This document shows positions 20,883-31,266 of a stretch of DNA of 64,000 nt, in pieces; the stretch's first letter is position 1, and each line of letters opens with the position of its first letter. Under the pieces are notes generated by a model. It made no database searches, was not told where the DNA came from, and saw only the letters and a list, made by a program, of their open reading frames with translations. Both the position numbers and the translations under genes were made by a program. Source of the DNA: Rhodospirillales bacterium. GTDB taxonomy: Bacteria; Pseudomonadota; Alphaproteobacteria; Rhodospirillales; UBA2165. The stretch lies in the NCBI GenBank assembly GCA_028345065.1, contig JAOMCN010000001.1, forward strand, positions 21,605-85,604, written 5' to 3'.

Positions 20883-22220
20883 CTAAATATCGTAGCCACG
20901 CTCTCCATGAACAGTGAGGTCGAGACCTTCCGTTTCTTCTGTTTCGTCAACTCGAAGCCCGACCGTTACTTGAACAACTTTAACAATTATGTAACTGAGA
21001 ACGCCAGCCCAAATTACAGTGATTACCGCTGCTAGCAATTGACCAACAAAAGCCATTCCTATGGAAATGCCACCGGGTAATCCTATGCCTCCTACACTGG
21101 CGTCAGCAAAAATTGAGGTTAATAGGACGCCCAAAATACCACCAACACCATGCACGGCAAAAACATCCAAAGAATCGTCAATTTTCCACGTGTTCTTAAT
21201 TACGCTAATCATAAAAAAGCAAATCACTCCAGCTAAAGCACCAAAAACCAAAGCTCCCACCGGCCCAACAAAACCAGAACCGGGTGTTATAGTGGCTAGA
21301 CCTGCGATCGCACCTGTTGCAATCCCGACCAGGCTTGGCTTTCCAAATTTTATCCACTCTATGGCAATCCAAACCAGGCAAGCGGTGGACGCTGAAATAT
21401 GGGTAACGGCTATTGCCATCCCAGCTCCACCGTTAGCGCCGAGGGCGCTACCCCCATTAAAACCAAACCATCCAACCCATAACATTGCTGCACCTATCAT
21501 GACCATACCTGGGTTGTGGGGAGGTCTAAGCTCATTGGGAAAACCTCTACGACTGCCAAGTATTGCGGCTATTACAAGTGCCGCAACGCCTGCGTTGGCA
21601 TGTACAACTAAACCACCAGCAAAATCCATCGTTCCAAATCCTTTTAAGGCGTCGCTCGCCCAGCCCAAGTCTGCTAAAAGTCCACCACCCCAAATCCAGT
21701 GGGTAGATGGCGCATAAACAGTCATTAACCATAAACTACTGAATAAGAGTACCGCGCTAAACTTAATACGCTCCACGTAGGCACCCACGATTAAAGCCGG
21801 TGTAATTACAGCAAAAGTCATCTGAAACATGAAGAAGACATTTTCTGGTATGGTGCCAATTAGAGTGTCCGCCGAGACCCCCGCGAAAAACGATTTTCCC
21901 ATTCCACCCCACCATTGGTTGTTTTCACCAAACGCTATGGAATATCCAAAAATCAACCACAAGACAGACATTAAGGTTGCTATACCAAAACACTGCATTA
22001 ATACCGAAAGCACGTTTTTAGATCTTACAAGTCCGCCGTAAAAGAGTGCTAAACCCGGCATTGTCATGAACAGTACTAAAGCCGTAGATGTCATGATCCA
22101 AGCGGTGTCACCAGTATCAAGTGTTGCTTTGGCGTCTGCCGCCATTGTGATATGGGCGGAAGTCAAAGAGAAAAGTAACGCAATAGAAACAAGACAACCC
22201 AATTTAAATATAATTTTCAT
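20883..22220 (-). CDS. amtB: ammonium transporter AmtB
   Basis: The Amt family sequence has about 11 TM helices. The start is set at ATG 22220, which gives the signal peptide MKIIFKLGCLVSIALLFS... and lies 13 nt after the glnK stop. Confidence 0.92.
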   Translation of the reverse strand: MKIIFKLGCLVSIALLFSLTSAHITMAADAKATLDTGDTAWIMTSTALVLFMTMPGLALFYGGLVRSKNVLSVLMQCFGIATLMSVLWLIFGYSIAFGENNQWWGGMGKSFFAGVSADTLIGTIPENVFFMFQMTFAVITPALIVGAYVERIKFSAVLLFSSLWLMTVYAPSTHWIWGGGLLADLGWASDALKGFGTMDFAGGLVVHANAGVAALVIAAILGSRRGFPNELRPPHNPGMVMIGAAMLWVGWFGFNGGSALGANGGAGMAIAVTHISASTACLVWIAIEWIKFGKPSLVGIATGAIAGLATITPGSGFVGPVGALVFGALAGVICFFMISVIKNTWKIDDSLDVFAVHGVGGILGVLLTSIFADASVGGIGLPGGISIGMAFVGQLLAAVITVIWAGVLSYIIVKVVQVTVGLRVDETEETEGLDLTVHGERGYDI

Positions 22221-22233
22221 GGCTGGTAAACTC

Positions 22234-22572
22234 CTATAGAGCATCTTCATCAGTCTCTCCTGTACGTATGCGGACGGCCTGGTTCAGATCAGTGACAAAT
22301 ATTTTGCCATCACCAATTTTGTTTGTATTAGCTGCTGTTTTAATTGCATCGACAGCCGCTTCAACTTGTCCTTCGGAAACGGCGACTTCAATTTTTATTT
22401 TAGGCACAAAACTGACACTGTACTCCGCACCGCGATAAATTTCAGTATGGCCTTTTTGTCGGCCGAATCCGGATACTTCTCCGGAGGTTAGGCCTTGAAT
22501 ACCGATTTCTACTAACGCCTCTCTAACGGCATCAAGCTTTGCGGGTTTAATAATCGCCATGATCATCTTCAT
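22234..22572 (-). CDS. glnK: nitrogen regulatory protein P-II (GlnK)
   Basis: The 112-aa protein starts MKMIMAIIKPAKLD and carries the T-loop GRQKGHTEIYRGAEY. The RBS GGAAGGA lies upstream of ATG 22572. The track's N-terminal extension is not P-II-like. Confidence 0.93.
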   Translation of the reverse strand: MKMIMAIIKPAKLDAVREALVEIGIQGLTSGEVSGFGRQKGHTEIYRGAEYSVSFVPKIKIEVAVSEGQVEAAVDAIKTAANTNKIGDGKIFVTDLNQAVRIRTGETDEDAL

Positions 22573-22974
22573 TAGACAGATCCTTCCTTGACATTGTTTC
22601 TCGGCACCACAAACACTACAACTGAGACGCCATTGGCACAAAAGTGGACACCAACGATGGCATGACGGTTCCACATACCTACATTAAGGTTGATACTACC
22701 TGATTTCATTTCAATTACCGTGCCATTTAGAAAAACGTTTATTTGTCAAGAAGTTGTGGAAATGTTTATCGAAAACTAAAAGTTTAACCAAGCTAAAACG
22801 CCTAGTTTTTAGGCACAACCATACCCTGCCTATTAAAAAAGCATCATAATTTCAGATAATCTAAGGTGGTTTACCCGCTCCGTCTGGAGACCTATAAACT
22901 CTAATAGTGTACGACCGGATCAAAACAGTGTTTTTAAATAGTATGGATAAAGTTTCAGAAAGACTATTGTTATA

Positions 22975-24192
22975 ATGGGAGCGAGATTTCAAACAGATGT
23001 ATTGATTGTTGGGGGTGGCTTGGTCGGCGGCACTCTTGCCTGTGCCTTAGCTGACGGCGGATTGACGTCAATCGTAATTGATAGATCCTCTTCTCAGCAT
23101 CAAAACACCCAGTCCTTTGATGGCAGAGCAACGGCTGTAGCCCAATCAGCAAAAAGAATGCTGACCGTTATTGGTATTTGGTCAAACCTCAAAGGGAAGG
23201 TGTCGCCTATCTATGACATTAGGGTGACAGACGGAAACTCCCGTCATTACCTTCACTTCGACCACAGCAATATGACAGAGGACGCCCTCGGTTACATGAT
23301 AGAAAATCGTTTCTTGCGTAGAGCTATTTTGCGAGCCACGTTAAAACGTGAGGAAATAAAATACTTGGCTCCCGTTGAGCTTACAGAGGTAGTACGGAAT
23401 TCTCAGGGCATATGCGCCGTTCTGGTTGACGGCCGAGAAATTCATGCAGCACTAATTGTCGGAGCAGACGGACGAAGTTCTTATGTTCGCCAACATGCGG
23501 GGATACCCGTGACCAAATGGTCTTATAAACAAGCCGGAATTGTGTGCACCGTAGCACACGATAATCCCCATAATAATATAGCTCACGAGCATTTTTTCCC
23601 GGCGGGACCGTTTGCAATTCTTCCACTCGTTGGAGACCGTTCATCAATCGTGTGGACGGAAAACCTCGATGACGCTCGCATGCTTATCGAGCTTCCAGCC
23701 CAAGAATTTTTATTCGAGCTTTCACAGCGTTTTGGGGATTTTTTGGGACCCCTTGAGGTGATCGGACCAAGGTCTTCCTATCCGCTACACTTACAGTTTG
23801 CTAAGTCATGTACGGCGTCAAGGTTGGCTCTTGTCGGTGACGCTATTCATGGAATGCACCCCGTTGCTGGACAGGGTTTCAATATGGGTCTCCGTGATGT
23901 TGCAGCGCTAACCGAGGTTTTGGTGGATGCATATCGCCTAGGGTTAGATATAGGAACATCCAACAGTCTAAGACAATTTGAACGTTGGCGCCGATTTGAT
24001 AATACCCTCATGTTGGCTGCTACTGATGGCCTTAACAGATTGTTTTCAAATAATTATTTACCACTTCAGATTGTTAGAGACTTAGGTTTGGCCGCGGTTA
24101 ACGCATCAAGTACCTTAAAAAACGTTTTTATGCGCCAAGCCATGGGTTTAACAGGAAATCTTCCGCGACTGATGAGGGGAGACGACCTATAG
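22975..24192 (+). CDS. FAD-dependent ubiquinone-biosynthesis hydroxylase (UbiH/UbiF/Coq6 family)
   Basis: It has the GxGxxG motif (VGGGLVGG), the DG motif (GADGRSS) and GDAIHGMHPVAGQGFN. Confidence 0.85.
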   Translation: MGARFQTDVLIVGGGLVGGTLACALADGGLTSIVIDRSSSQHQNTQSFDGRATAVAQSAKRMLTVIGIWSNLKGKVSPIYDIRVTDGNSRHYLHFDHSNMTEDALGYMIENRFLRRAILRATLKREEIKYLAPVELTEVVRNSQGICAVLVDGREIHAALIVGADGRSSYVRQHAGIPVTKWSYKQAGIVCTVAHDNPHNNIAHEHFFPAGPFAILPLVGDRSSIVWTENLDDARMLIELPAQEFLFELSQRFGDFLGPLEVIGPRSSYPLHLQFAKSCTASRLALVGDAIHGMHPVAGQGFNMGLRDVAALTEVLVDAYRLGLDIGTSNSLRQFERWRRFDNTLMLAATDGLNRLFSNNYLPLQIVRDLGLAAVNASSTLKNVFMRQAMGLTGNLPRLMRGDDL

Positions 24193-24237
24193 TTTGATTA
24201 TTTAACTCCGGTGTCTTAAGAACGGAAAGACGTCTAG

Positions 24238-25239
24238 CTAACGCCTAAACTTAACGTTCACCACCGGCGTGTTAATTTTTTCGTTCAACCAGCTGTCAAT
24301 TAACCAGCGCGAAATAGAATATCGTGATGGGGGTAGAATATCTTGATTTTCTGCCATTTCTCTGACTTCTTCCCGGGGGAACCACCGTGCTTCAATTAGT
24401 TCTTCATCTATACAAGTAATTTTTGTCGTTGTTCCCCGGGCCCGGAAACCAAGCATGATCGACGCTGGAAACGGCCAGGGCTGGGATGCTTTGTATGTGA
24501 TATCGCTAACGTCTATGCCGGTCTCTTCTTTAACTTCTCTAACTACAGCGTGCTCCAATGACTCGCCTGGCTCAACAAATCCCGCGATGGTCGAGAAGCG
24601 AAGCCCTTTAAATCGTTTGTTGTGGCCAAGAAGACATTTATCTTCGCTGGGATGGGTTACCAGCATAATTACTGCTGGATCTGTTCTTGGGAAATGAATG
24701 CATTCGCAGCTTTTACTCGTGCAATGGCGCTCATGTCCGCTCTTTTTGCTTTCTGTCGGTGAACCGCAGCGCCCGCAATAAAGATGGGTCCTGTTCCAAT
24801 AGGCTAGAGCCCTTGCATAAGCGAGATAACCTGCTTCTTCCGGTTCAATCGAAGTGGCAATACTGCGCAGATCCTCAAACACCGTTTTCGCTGGTAAGGG
24901 GGTTGCATCTACTTTTTCCAAATGAGAAATATCGGCACAAAAAAACATTGTACCTTCTTTGACACCGAGAAAAACAATTTGGGTCGCATTCTCAACAAGC
25001 CATTGCCCTTCCTCCCCTTTGAGCATGACCGCTTGGGGGATGTTTCCATTCAAAAAGAGATTTTTGTCTCTCCAAATAGGTATAAACATAGAGCTAAGAT
25101 TGTTTAATCCTCGCTCCGAAGGGTCGTCAAATCTCAAATTGCTAGCGCGATTTAAAATCATTTGGTCAAAATAAAATCGGGATGTCATTTGTTGAAGTTT
25201 GCACAGTGCACCGTGCCAAGCAATAACTCCCGTCAACAA
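24238..25239 (-). CDS. nudC: NAD+ diphosphatase NudC (NUDIX)
   Basis: It has the zinc ribbon CGRCGSPT and the Nudix box GFVEPGESLEHAVVREVKEETG. The start may be ATG 25188. Confidence 0.85.
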   Translation of the reverse strand: MLTGVIAWHGALCKLQQMTSRFYFDQMILNRASNLRFDDPSERGLNNLSSMFIPIWRDKNLFLNGNIPQAVMLKGEEGQWLVENATQIVFLGVKEGTMFFCADISHLEKVDATPLPAKTVFEDLRSIATSIEPEEAGYLAYARALAYWNRTHLYCGRCGSPTESKKSGHERHCTSKSCECIHFPRTDPAVIMLVTHPSEDKCLLGHNKRFKGLRFSTIAGFVEPGESLEHAVVREVKEETGIDVSDITYKASQPWPFPASIMLGFRARGTTTKITCIDEELIEARWFPREEVREMAENQDILPPSRYSISRWLIDSWLNEKINTPVVNVKFRR

Positions 25240-25319
25240 TCATCTTATTTGCCGTTAAAAAGCACTTGGATAAATTATATTTTTTCTTTAGACCACGAGT
25301 TACTTCCAGCCCCTTTCTT

Positions 25320-25532
25320 CTAAATTCCGCGGACCTTGACTACAGCAAATTTTGTTTGCCCTTCTGTCAATTCAATTAGGCTAAACCCATAAAGAGCGAT
25401 GCGGTCGCTAGCATCTATTTGCAGTATTTGACGATAGCTATCCATTGCCTCATTCATTCGACCTGCGAGGTAATGATCGCCCGCCAGTTTGTGCATGGGT
25501 TTTAGTGTCTGACGTGAAACGGCTTTCGTCAT
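25320..25532 (-). CDS. small hypothetical protein with one TPR-like motif
   Basis: The support is a 70-aa ORF only, with a TPR-like stretch AGDHYLAGRMNEAMDSYRQILQID. Confidence 0.3.
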   Translation of the reverse strand: MTKAVSRQTLKPMHKLAGDHYLAGRMNEAMDSYRQILQIDASDRIALYGFSLIELTEGQTKFAVVKVRGI

Positions 25533-25750
25533 GTATGAGCTTTTAGCGCTAATTTATTTTGAGGTAAAAGCGCTTTATCTTTTTATTATTAAGCCACCAC
25601 AATGGGATATTATGTATTATATTAGACCAGCTAAAACCCAGCAATTACTGTGAACATTAATAACGGAAAATGTTAGGTTGGAAAAAAGAGTCATAAAAGG
25701 GCAGCATTCGTGCTTGCCTCTCCCTCCCCTTAGCCTGCTATATTTCTTTC

Positions 25751-25846
25751 GGGAGGCTAGCTGCGGACAGGCAACTCGTGAACTCGGTCAGGTCCGGAAG
25801 GAAGCAGCTGTAGGGAGTTTTGTCTGGGTCGCGTGTCTGGCCTCCC
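25751..25846 (+). ncRNA. ffs: signal recognition particle RNA (4.5S, small bacterial type)
   Basis: It has the conserved domain IV sequence GGTCAGGTCCGGAAGGAAGCAGC with a GGAA tetraloop. The closing helix is GGGAGGC...GCCTCCC. It sits directly upstream of dnaX, as is usual in alphaproteobacteria. Confidence 0.9.
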
Positions 25847-25915
25847 ACTTCTAGTGAGCCGCGCTACCAATAGCGACCCGCTAACTCGCAGTCACGCCAT
25901 TTGGCCTAATAAATT

Positions 25916-27685
25916 ATGACAAATAAAAAAACTGACCAGACATCACAGAAAAGAGCTCCAGATAATGAGGGGGCCAACTACCAAGTGCTTGCCCGAAAAT
26001 ACCGGCCGACCAATTTTTCTGGTTTGATTGGGCAGGATGCAATGGTGCAAACTTTGACAAATGCCTTTGAAGCCGAGAGGTTGGCGCACGCCTTTATTTT
26101 GTCGGGTGTGCGTGGTGTTGGTAAAACTACGACTGCCCGCATTATCGCCAAGGCACTAAACTGCGTCGGCGAGGACGGAAATGGGACGCCAACAATTAAT
26201 CCATGTGGAAAGTGTGAGATGTGTCTCTCTATTGCAGAGGATCGCCATCTCGATGTCTTTGAGATGGATGCCGCAAGTCGGGGTGGGGTGGCTCATATAC
26301 GAGAGTTAATTGAAGCCGTTCGATATAAACCGGTTTCTGGCCGTTATAAAGTTTACATTATCGACGAAATTCACATGTTATCCCCCGAAGCCTTTAACGC
26401 GTTGCTTAAAACACTGGAGGAACCTCCCGAGCACGTTAAATTTATTTTTGCAACCACCGAAATTCGGAAAGTACCCGTCACGGTGTTATCACGTTGCCAA
26501 CGCTTTGATTTACGTCGGGTTAATGTAGAGACGTTGATTAGGCATTTTGCTGAAATTGTTGAAAAGGAAGGCGCTCTCATATCCGAACAGGCTCTCGCAT
26601 TGATTGCCCGGGTTTCTGATGGATCCGTACGCGATGGACAAAGTCTACTAGACCAGATTGTCACAACCGCCAGAAGGGAAGAAAAAGAATTTGGGGAAGG
26701 CGATGTGCGCGAGATCTTGGGGCTAGCTGACCGGGAGAGAACCTTTGATTTGTTGGAAAAGGTTTTAAAGGGAGAAATAGAAATTGCGCTAGAGATAGTT
26801 CAGCAGGATTATATTAATGGTTCTGACCCGTTGTCGACTTTGCAAGACTTGGCTGAATTAGTTCACTGGTTGACACGGATTAAAGTTGCACCAAAAACCT
26901 TAGAAGATTTAACTGTTTCTGAGAGCGAGCGAGCCCGTGGGAAAGACCTTTCCGGGAAGCTTTCTATGGCAAATTTGGGGCGTACATGGCAAATGATAGT
27001 CAAGGGCCTCAAAGAGGCCCAAACCTCTCTAACACCAATTCAGGCGGTGGAGATGATTCTGGTCCGTCTCGCCTATCTTAGTGATCTGCCGTCCCCAAAT
27101 GATGTCATTAGAAACATGGAAAAGTATAGAGACTACCCAGAAGGCGCCGCTACACCAACGAACGATCAAAACAAATTAACCCCTTCGACCTCATCGTCCG
27201 ACACCTCAGGCGCGAGGAGTTTGGCTTTTGAATTAGAGGAGCAACCCGAAAAGCAGACCTTGTCTAATTTTAAACTGAATAACTTTGAGGAAGTAATTGC
27301 TCTCTTAGATGGTCATGATGAGCGTATTTTGATGGCCGATTTGGTAAACAATGTTCATTTAGTGAGTTTTGAGCCTGGAAAGATCGAAATCTGCTTGGCT
27401 GAAGCAGCTAATCCCGATACGCCCAAGCGCCTATATAGTTTTCTCAACTCGGTTATGGAAGATCGCTGGTCGGTATCACTGGCAACGCAAGGGGGTAACG
27501 CCACTCTGAAGGAACAGCAAAAACAGGAAGAAAGGGCTCTACACGTAGAAATCAAGCAAGGATTACTAATGCAATCCGTTATGGAAAACTTTCCTGGAGC
27601 GGAAATAGAAACAATTCGCCAAATTGACGACAAAGATATTGCAACACCAGAAGAAAAAAAACCTGGGGGAGAAAAAATGACATGA
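25916..27685 (+). CDS. dnaX: DNA polymerase III subunit tau/gamma
   Basis: It has the Walker A motif GVRGVGKTTTARI, the zinc module CGKCEMC and the SRC motif. Confidence 0.95.
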   Translation: MTNKKTDQTSQKRAPDNEGANYQVLARKYRPTNFSGLIGQDAMVQTLTNAFEAERLAHAFILSGVRGVGKTTTARIIAKALNCVGEDGNGTPTINPCGKCEMCLSIAEDRHLDVFEMDAASRGGVAHIRELIEAVRYKPVSGRYKVYIIDEIHMLSPEAFNALLKTLEEPPEHVKFIFATTEIRKVPVTVLSRCQRFDLRRVNVETLIRHFAEIVEKEGALISEQALALIARVSDGSVRDGQSLLDQIVTTARREEKEFGEGDVREILGLADRERTFDLLEKVLKGEIEIALEIVQQDYINGSDPLSTLQDLAELVHWLTRIKVAPKTLEDLTVSESERARGKDLSGKLSMANLGRTWQMIVKGLKEAQTSLTPIQAVEMILVRLAYLSDLPSPNDVIRNMEKYRDYPEGAATPTNDQNKLTPSTSSSDTSGARSLAFELEEQPEKQTLSNFKLNNFEEVIALLDGHDERILMADLVNNVHLVSFEPGKIEICLAEAANPDTPKRLYSFLNSVMEDRWSVSLATQGGNATLKEQQKQEERALHVEIKQGLLMQSVMENFPGAEIETIRQIDDKDIATPEEKKPGGEKMT

Positions 27686-28005
27686 AAAATCTCGGGCAAA
27701 TGATGAAACAGGCCCAAGAAATGCAGGATAAAATGTCAGAGGTTCAGGAAAAGCTTTCCCAACTTCAAGTAACAGGTACCGCTGGAGGTGGTATGATTGA
27801 AGTAACTATGACGGGTAAGAATGAAATGCGGCGGGTTAAAATTGATCCACAATTAACAGGACCGGAAAATTTGGAAATGCTGGAAGATTTGTTAGTAGCT
27901 GCCGTTAATGATGCCCGAGCAAAAGTTGAGGCGCGGGTAACTGAGAAGATGTCTGAAATAACCGGGGGATTGCAGTTGCCGCCGGGTTTTAAGCTACCCT
28001 TTTAA
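27682..28005 (+). CDS. ybaB: nucleoid-associated protein YbaB/EbfC
   Basis: The 107-aa protein begins [18 protein letters not shown], and its start forms an ATGA overlap with dnaX. Confidence 0.92.
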   Translation: MKNLGQMMKQAQEMQDKMSEVQEKLSQLQVTGTAGGGMIEVTMTGKNEMRRVKIDPQLTGPENLEMLEDLLVAAVNDARAKVEARVTEKMSEITGGLQLPPGFKLPF

Positions 28006-28025
28006 TTCCCCCTGGATTTTTGTTC

Positions 28026-28619
28026 ATGAGTGTTTCTGATATCGACAGCCTAATCCAACATCTATCCAAGTTGCCGGGACTCGGGCCAAGATCTGCGCGA
28101 CGCGCGGCATTGTATTTGATAAGTAACCGCGAAAAACTTATGGAGCCTCTTGGAGCTGCCATGGCCTCGGCGGCGGAAAACGTAAAAAATTGCTCCCGAT
28201 GCAGCAATTTGGATACCAATGACCCGTGTCATATCTGCATTGATCCGCGTCGCGACGATTCGGTCATTTGTGTAGTAGAAGGTGTGGCGGATCTCTGGGC
28301 GTTAGAACGCACAGCATCGTTTAAGGGGACCTATCATGTTTTGGGGGGTATTTTGTCACCTCTGGATGGTGTGGGACCCGAAGATCTTAATATCCAAGAT
28401 CTCATTGGGCGTGCAGCAAACGAAAATGTGAAAGAAATAATCTTGGCGACAAGCGCAACGGTAGATGGAAAGACGACGGCACACTATATCACGGACCGCT
28501 TGAAAGATTGCGGGGTGACGGTTTCCGAGCTAGCCCATGGCATTCCAGTCGGCGGTGAACTCGACTACCTTGACGATGGTACTTTAAGCGCGGCACTCAA
28601 AGAAAGAAGAAGCACATGA
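28026..28619 (+). CDS. recR: recombination protein RecR
   Basis: It has the HhH motif [11 protein letters not shown], the zinc finger CSRCSNL...CHIC and a Toprim domain. I prefer ATG 28026 over the track's TTG 28020. Confidence 0.93.
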   Translation: MSVSDIDSLIQHLSKLPGLGPRSARRAALYLISNREKLMEPLGAAMASAAENVKNCSRCSNLDTNDPCHICIDPRRDDSVICVVEGVADLWALERTASFKGTYHVLGGILSPLDGVGPEDLNIQDLIGRAANENVKEIILATSATVDGKTTAHYITDRLKDCGVTVSELAHGIPVGGELDYLDDGTLSAALKERRST

Positions 28620-28716
28620 TACAAAAAGTAGATTTCCTCCTTTTTATTTAATCCAGAAATGAGGTCCCGCGTCAAATCCACGGGGAGTTATCGCAGAAGA
28701 AAGCAAAAAAAAACCT

Positions 28717-30228
28717 CTAATCACAACGACCATCCAAATCATAGCCAGCAAGCGCAGCATTGACGAGTTCGTCGCTCTTGTTGAAGTTGTATTCCATCGC
28801 CATTCTCTTCTTCACCACGAACGGCGGACCGGCGTAGAATTTTTCATATTGTTCCTGGCGACCGGCAAATTCTGAACCGATCAATTCCCAAATCATTTTT
28901 AATAATTTAACTCTTTCTGTAGCTGGAAATTGGGGCGATTGGATGTATCGCTCAATATCGATGCGTGTCTCTGAGTTGGTAAAATCAGTAACACTAGAAG
29001 GTAACTGTATAACACCGCCGCCGCATAACTCCCGCAGATATTCCAGCATGCGCGGATAGGCTTCAGATTGAAGAACAATCGCGGCGTATAGTGCCTGCCT
29101 TCCAGGTTCCACATAGCCGTTTTGATTGGTCGTGCAGGTGGCAATTTGGGCGTCAACCAAACCTTCCATCATTGCCGCATAACTACCCATTTCCCCAAGA
29201 AGTGTCTGAACTTCAGCTATTTGGGTCACGCCGTTCATTTCTGAAACACGTCGTGCAAGCCCCATCATTAGACGTAATTTGGTAACTAGTCGGATTTGTG
29301 ATTGATGGTTTCCCATAGAATGGGCAGGCGTTTTCCACCACTGATCCCGACAGGTGTCGATATCTTTATAAATAAACACCTGTTCCCATGGCACAAACAC
29401 ATCGTCGAAAACGACTAGTGAATCAGTTTCGTCGAACCGTGTTGCGAGCGGATAGTCAAATACACTGTTAGCGGCGCTGGCGTACGACCGCCGCGAATAT
29501 ATCTTCAGACCCGGAGCGTTGCATGGAACCACTAGGTTTAAGGCGTGCGCATCGTCACCGGGCTGTACAGGGGTTATTTGGCTGAGGTTGAGGTAATCAG
29601 AGAGGGCCGTGCCAGTACCTAGCATTTGTGCCCCTCGAATGATGATGCCATTATCTCGTTCATCTACCACACCAGCATAAAGATCCGGCGGGTTTTGCAT
29701 GTGCATTGGTTTTGATCGGTCAATTTGCGGGGGGATGATAGTGTAGGTAATAAAGAGATCTCGTGCCCGTGCGAACTCATAAAAGCGGATTAGGTTTTGT
29801 TTTAGTTCCAACGCACCGTTGCGTGCAAAGACGTCCGGAGCCATTGCCCAACCGGCGAAAAAGCCAGCGACATGGTCGGGGCTTCTCCCCATCAGTCCAA
29901 ATGTGGCTTCTGACCACCTTTCAATAGCCCCCCGTCTAGCGTAGAGGTCTGCTTTGTCTCGCGGCAGACACCAGATGTAATTAAACACGTCACCTGTGGC
30001 GGGTGCGGTGTAGGTCATTAGTTTACTGTTTTCTGGATCGCTCGAAATGTCGTAAAGGCCAGCAATCGTGCGGACCGCATCGGAGAATGCCGGGTGAATA
30101 GTAACGTCGTGCACTTCTTTTCCATCGATGAACACCCGTCGACCGTCATTCTTAATTGCCTCGATATATTGTGCGCCGGTTCGTAAGCCAACTGGGAAGC
30201 GGTTTTCATCAATATAATTAACCATCAC
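28717..30228 (-). CDS. HpaB-family flavin-dependent monooxygenase, oxygenase component (4-hydroxyphenylacetate 3-hydroxylase-like)
   Basis: The 503-aa protein is HpaB/4-HPA-hydroxylase-like over its N- and C-terminal domains. The substrate is unknown. Confidence 0.7.
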   Translation of the reverse strand: MMVNYIDENRFPVGLRTGAQYIEAIKNDGRRVFIDGKEVHDVTIHPAFSDAVRTIAGLYDISSDPENSKLMTYTAPATGDVFNYIWCLPRDKADLYARRGAIERWSEATFGLMGRSPDHVAGFFAGWAMAPDVFARNGALELKQNLIRFYEFARARDLFITYTIIPPQIDRSKPMHMQNPPDLYAGVVDERDNGIIIRGAQMLGTGTALSDYLNLSQITPVQPGDDAHALNLVVPCNAPGLKIYSRRSYASAANSVFDYPLATRFDETDSLVVFDDVFVPWEQVFIYKDIDTCRDQWWKTPAHSMGNHQSQIRLVTKLRLMMGLARRVSEMNGVTQIAEVQTLLGEMGSYAAMMEGLVDAQIATCTTNQNGYVEPGRQALYAAIVLQSEAYPRMLEYLRELCGGGVIQLPSSVTDFTNSETRIDIERYIQSPQFPATERVKLLKMIWELIGSEFAGRQEQYEKFYAGPPFVVKKRMAMEYNFNKSDELVNAALAGYDLDGRCD

Positions 30229-30507
30229 TGGTACTCCTTCGACAGGTGTATGGTAAATAAGAAACGGGTTTTATGGTGACCAATTAGGGTGGGCGAACGT
30301 TGGGGTTTATTTGTTAGGCTGAATTTATAAAACATTTAGTATAATGTGAGAGGTTGCCGTCTAAAGTATCTAACCTTTTTGTTGTTGTCTTTCCTAAAAT
30401 TCTCGTTGGTTAATGGAAAGGGGTTAACCGTAAGCCACCGACCGGGAAATGTTTTTTGGAATAGTAACAGGAGTGTTTAACAAATCCCGAGTCTAGAAAG
30501 GAGAAAG

Positions 30508-31266
30508 ATGATGGATAAAACCGCTATCTTTAAAAAAGGTTCCTACCGTTATATTCAAGGGCCTTTCCAATATTCCGGTGGTGTAGCAGCCGAGCCAGGG
30601 TTCATAATCGAGAGGGCTCGTTTTTTGCGGGCAATTTCAATAAAGCATGGTTTTGAGGCTATCGAAGCTTACCTAACCGGTTTGGGGCGACCGTTAGCGT
30701 CGTTCTGCGCTTGTGAACTCCGATCCCCTGAACCGTTTGACGATGCTGGATTTGTAACTTTTAACCGGGCTTATGTGAACACACTTGAAAATTGGGGCAT
30801 ATTTGAAAATGATGAAAACCCCGTAGCCCGTTCAAACGTTTGTCCGGTGGTCAATCCACCCGCGGAACCGATGTTCCACTCCTTTTCCTATACTATTCCC
30901 GATGACGAAAGCGACGCGAAAAGCTTTGTTATTTCCGGTTCAGCTGAAGCCCGTGAAGGAGATGGAAATTACGGCGAACGAATAATCCGAAAAGGAGAAA
31001 CTACTCCGGATGCAATGCGGGAAAAGGCTAAATATGTTTTAAACACAATGGAATCCCGCATGTCAGCATTAGGCGTTGGGTGGGATCAAGTGACCGCAAC
31101 CCAAGTCTACACGGTTTACGACATTCACTCCTTCCTAGGAGATGAAATTGTCGACAGAGGTGCAGCTGATTATGGCCTAACCTGGTACTACGCAAGGCCA
31201 CCAGTCAGTGGTTTGGATTACGAAATGGATGTACGCGGGGTTCACAGAGAGAAGTTTAATTTTTAA
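30508..31266 (+). CDS. hypothetical protein with RidA/YjgF-like C-terminal domain
   Basis: The C-terminus (VTATQVYTVYDIHSF...ARPPVSGLDYEMDVRG) resembles the RidA fold pattern. The gene is divergent from the HpaB-like gene. Confidence 0.45.
   Translation: MMDKTAIFKKGSYRYIQGPFQYSGGVAAEPGFIIERARFLRAISIKHGFEAIEAYLTGLGRPLASFCACELRSPEPFDDAGFVTFNRAYVNTLENWGIFENDENPVARSNVCPVVNPPAEPMFHSFSYTIPDDESDAKSFVISGSAEAREGDGNYGERIIRKGETTPDAMREKAKYVLNTMESRMSALGVGWDQVTATQVYTVYDIHSFLGDEIVDRGAADYGLTWYYARPPVSGLDYEMDVRGVHREKFNF

Noticed and set aside
21061-21717. A 218-aa plus-strand ORF inside amtB.
   Set aside because: It is antisense to amtB. The Pro/Ala-rich translation is an artefact of the Gly/Ala-rich membrane protein on the other strand.
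22573-22674. The N-terminal extension of glnK in the track. The same issue affects cobB (39980..40144), holA (3973..4092), the porin (7971..8132) and amtB (22221..22250).
   Set aside because: These are longest-ORF artefacts. Homology-consistent starts with an RBS or signal peptide lie downstream.
22590-22760. A possible sigma-54 (TGGCAC-N5-TTGCA) promoter upstream of glnK-amtB.
   Set aside because: The two candidates on the minus strand are TGGAACCGTCATGCC and TGGCACGGTAATTGAA. The first has the wrong GG-GC spacing and the second lacks the -12 GC. Neither is supportable by eye.
27640-27690. An A-rich run (GAAGAAAAAAAACC) at the end of dnaX as a programmed frameshift site for the gamma subunit.
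   Set aside because: It lies in the last ~12 codons, next to the ybaB start overlap. That is far from where a tau/gamma shift would be meaningful.
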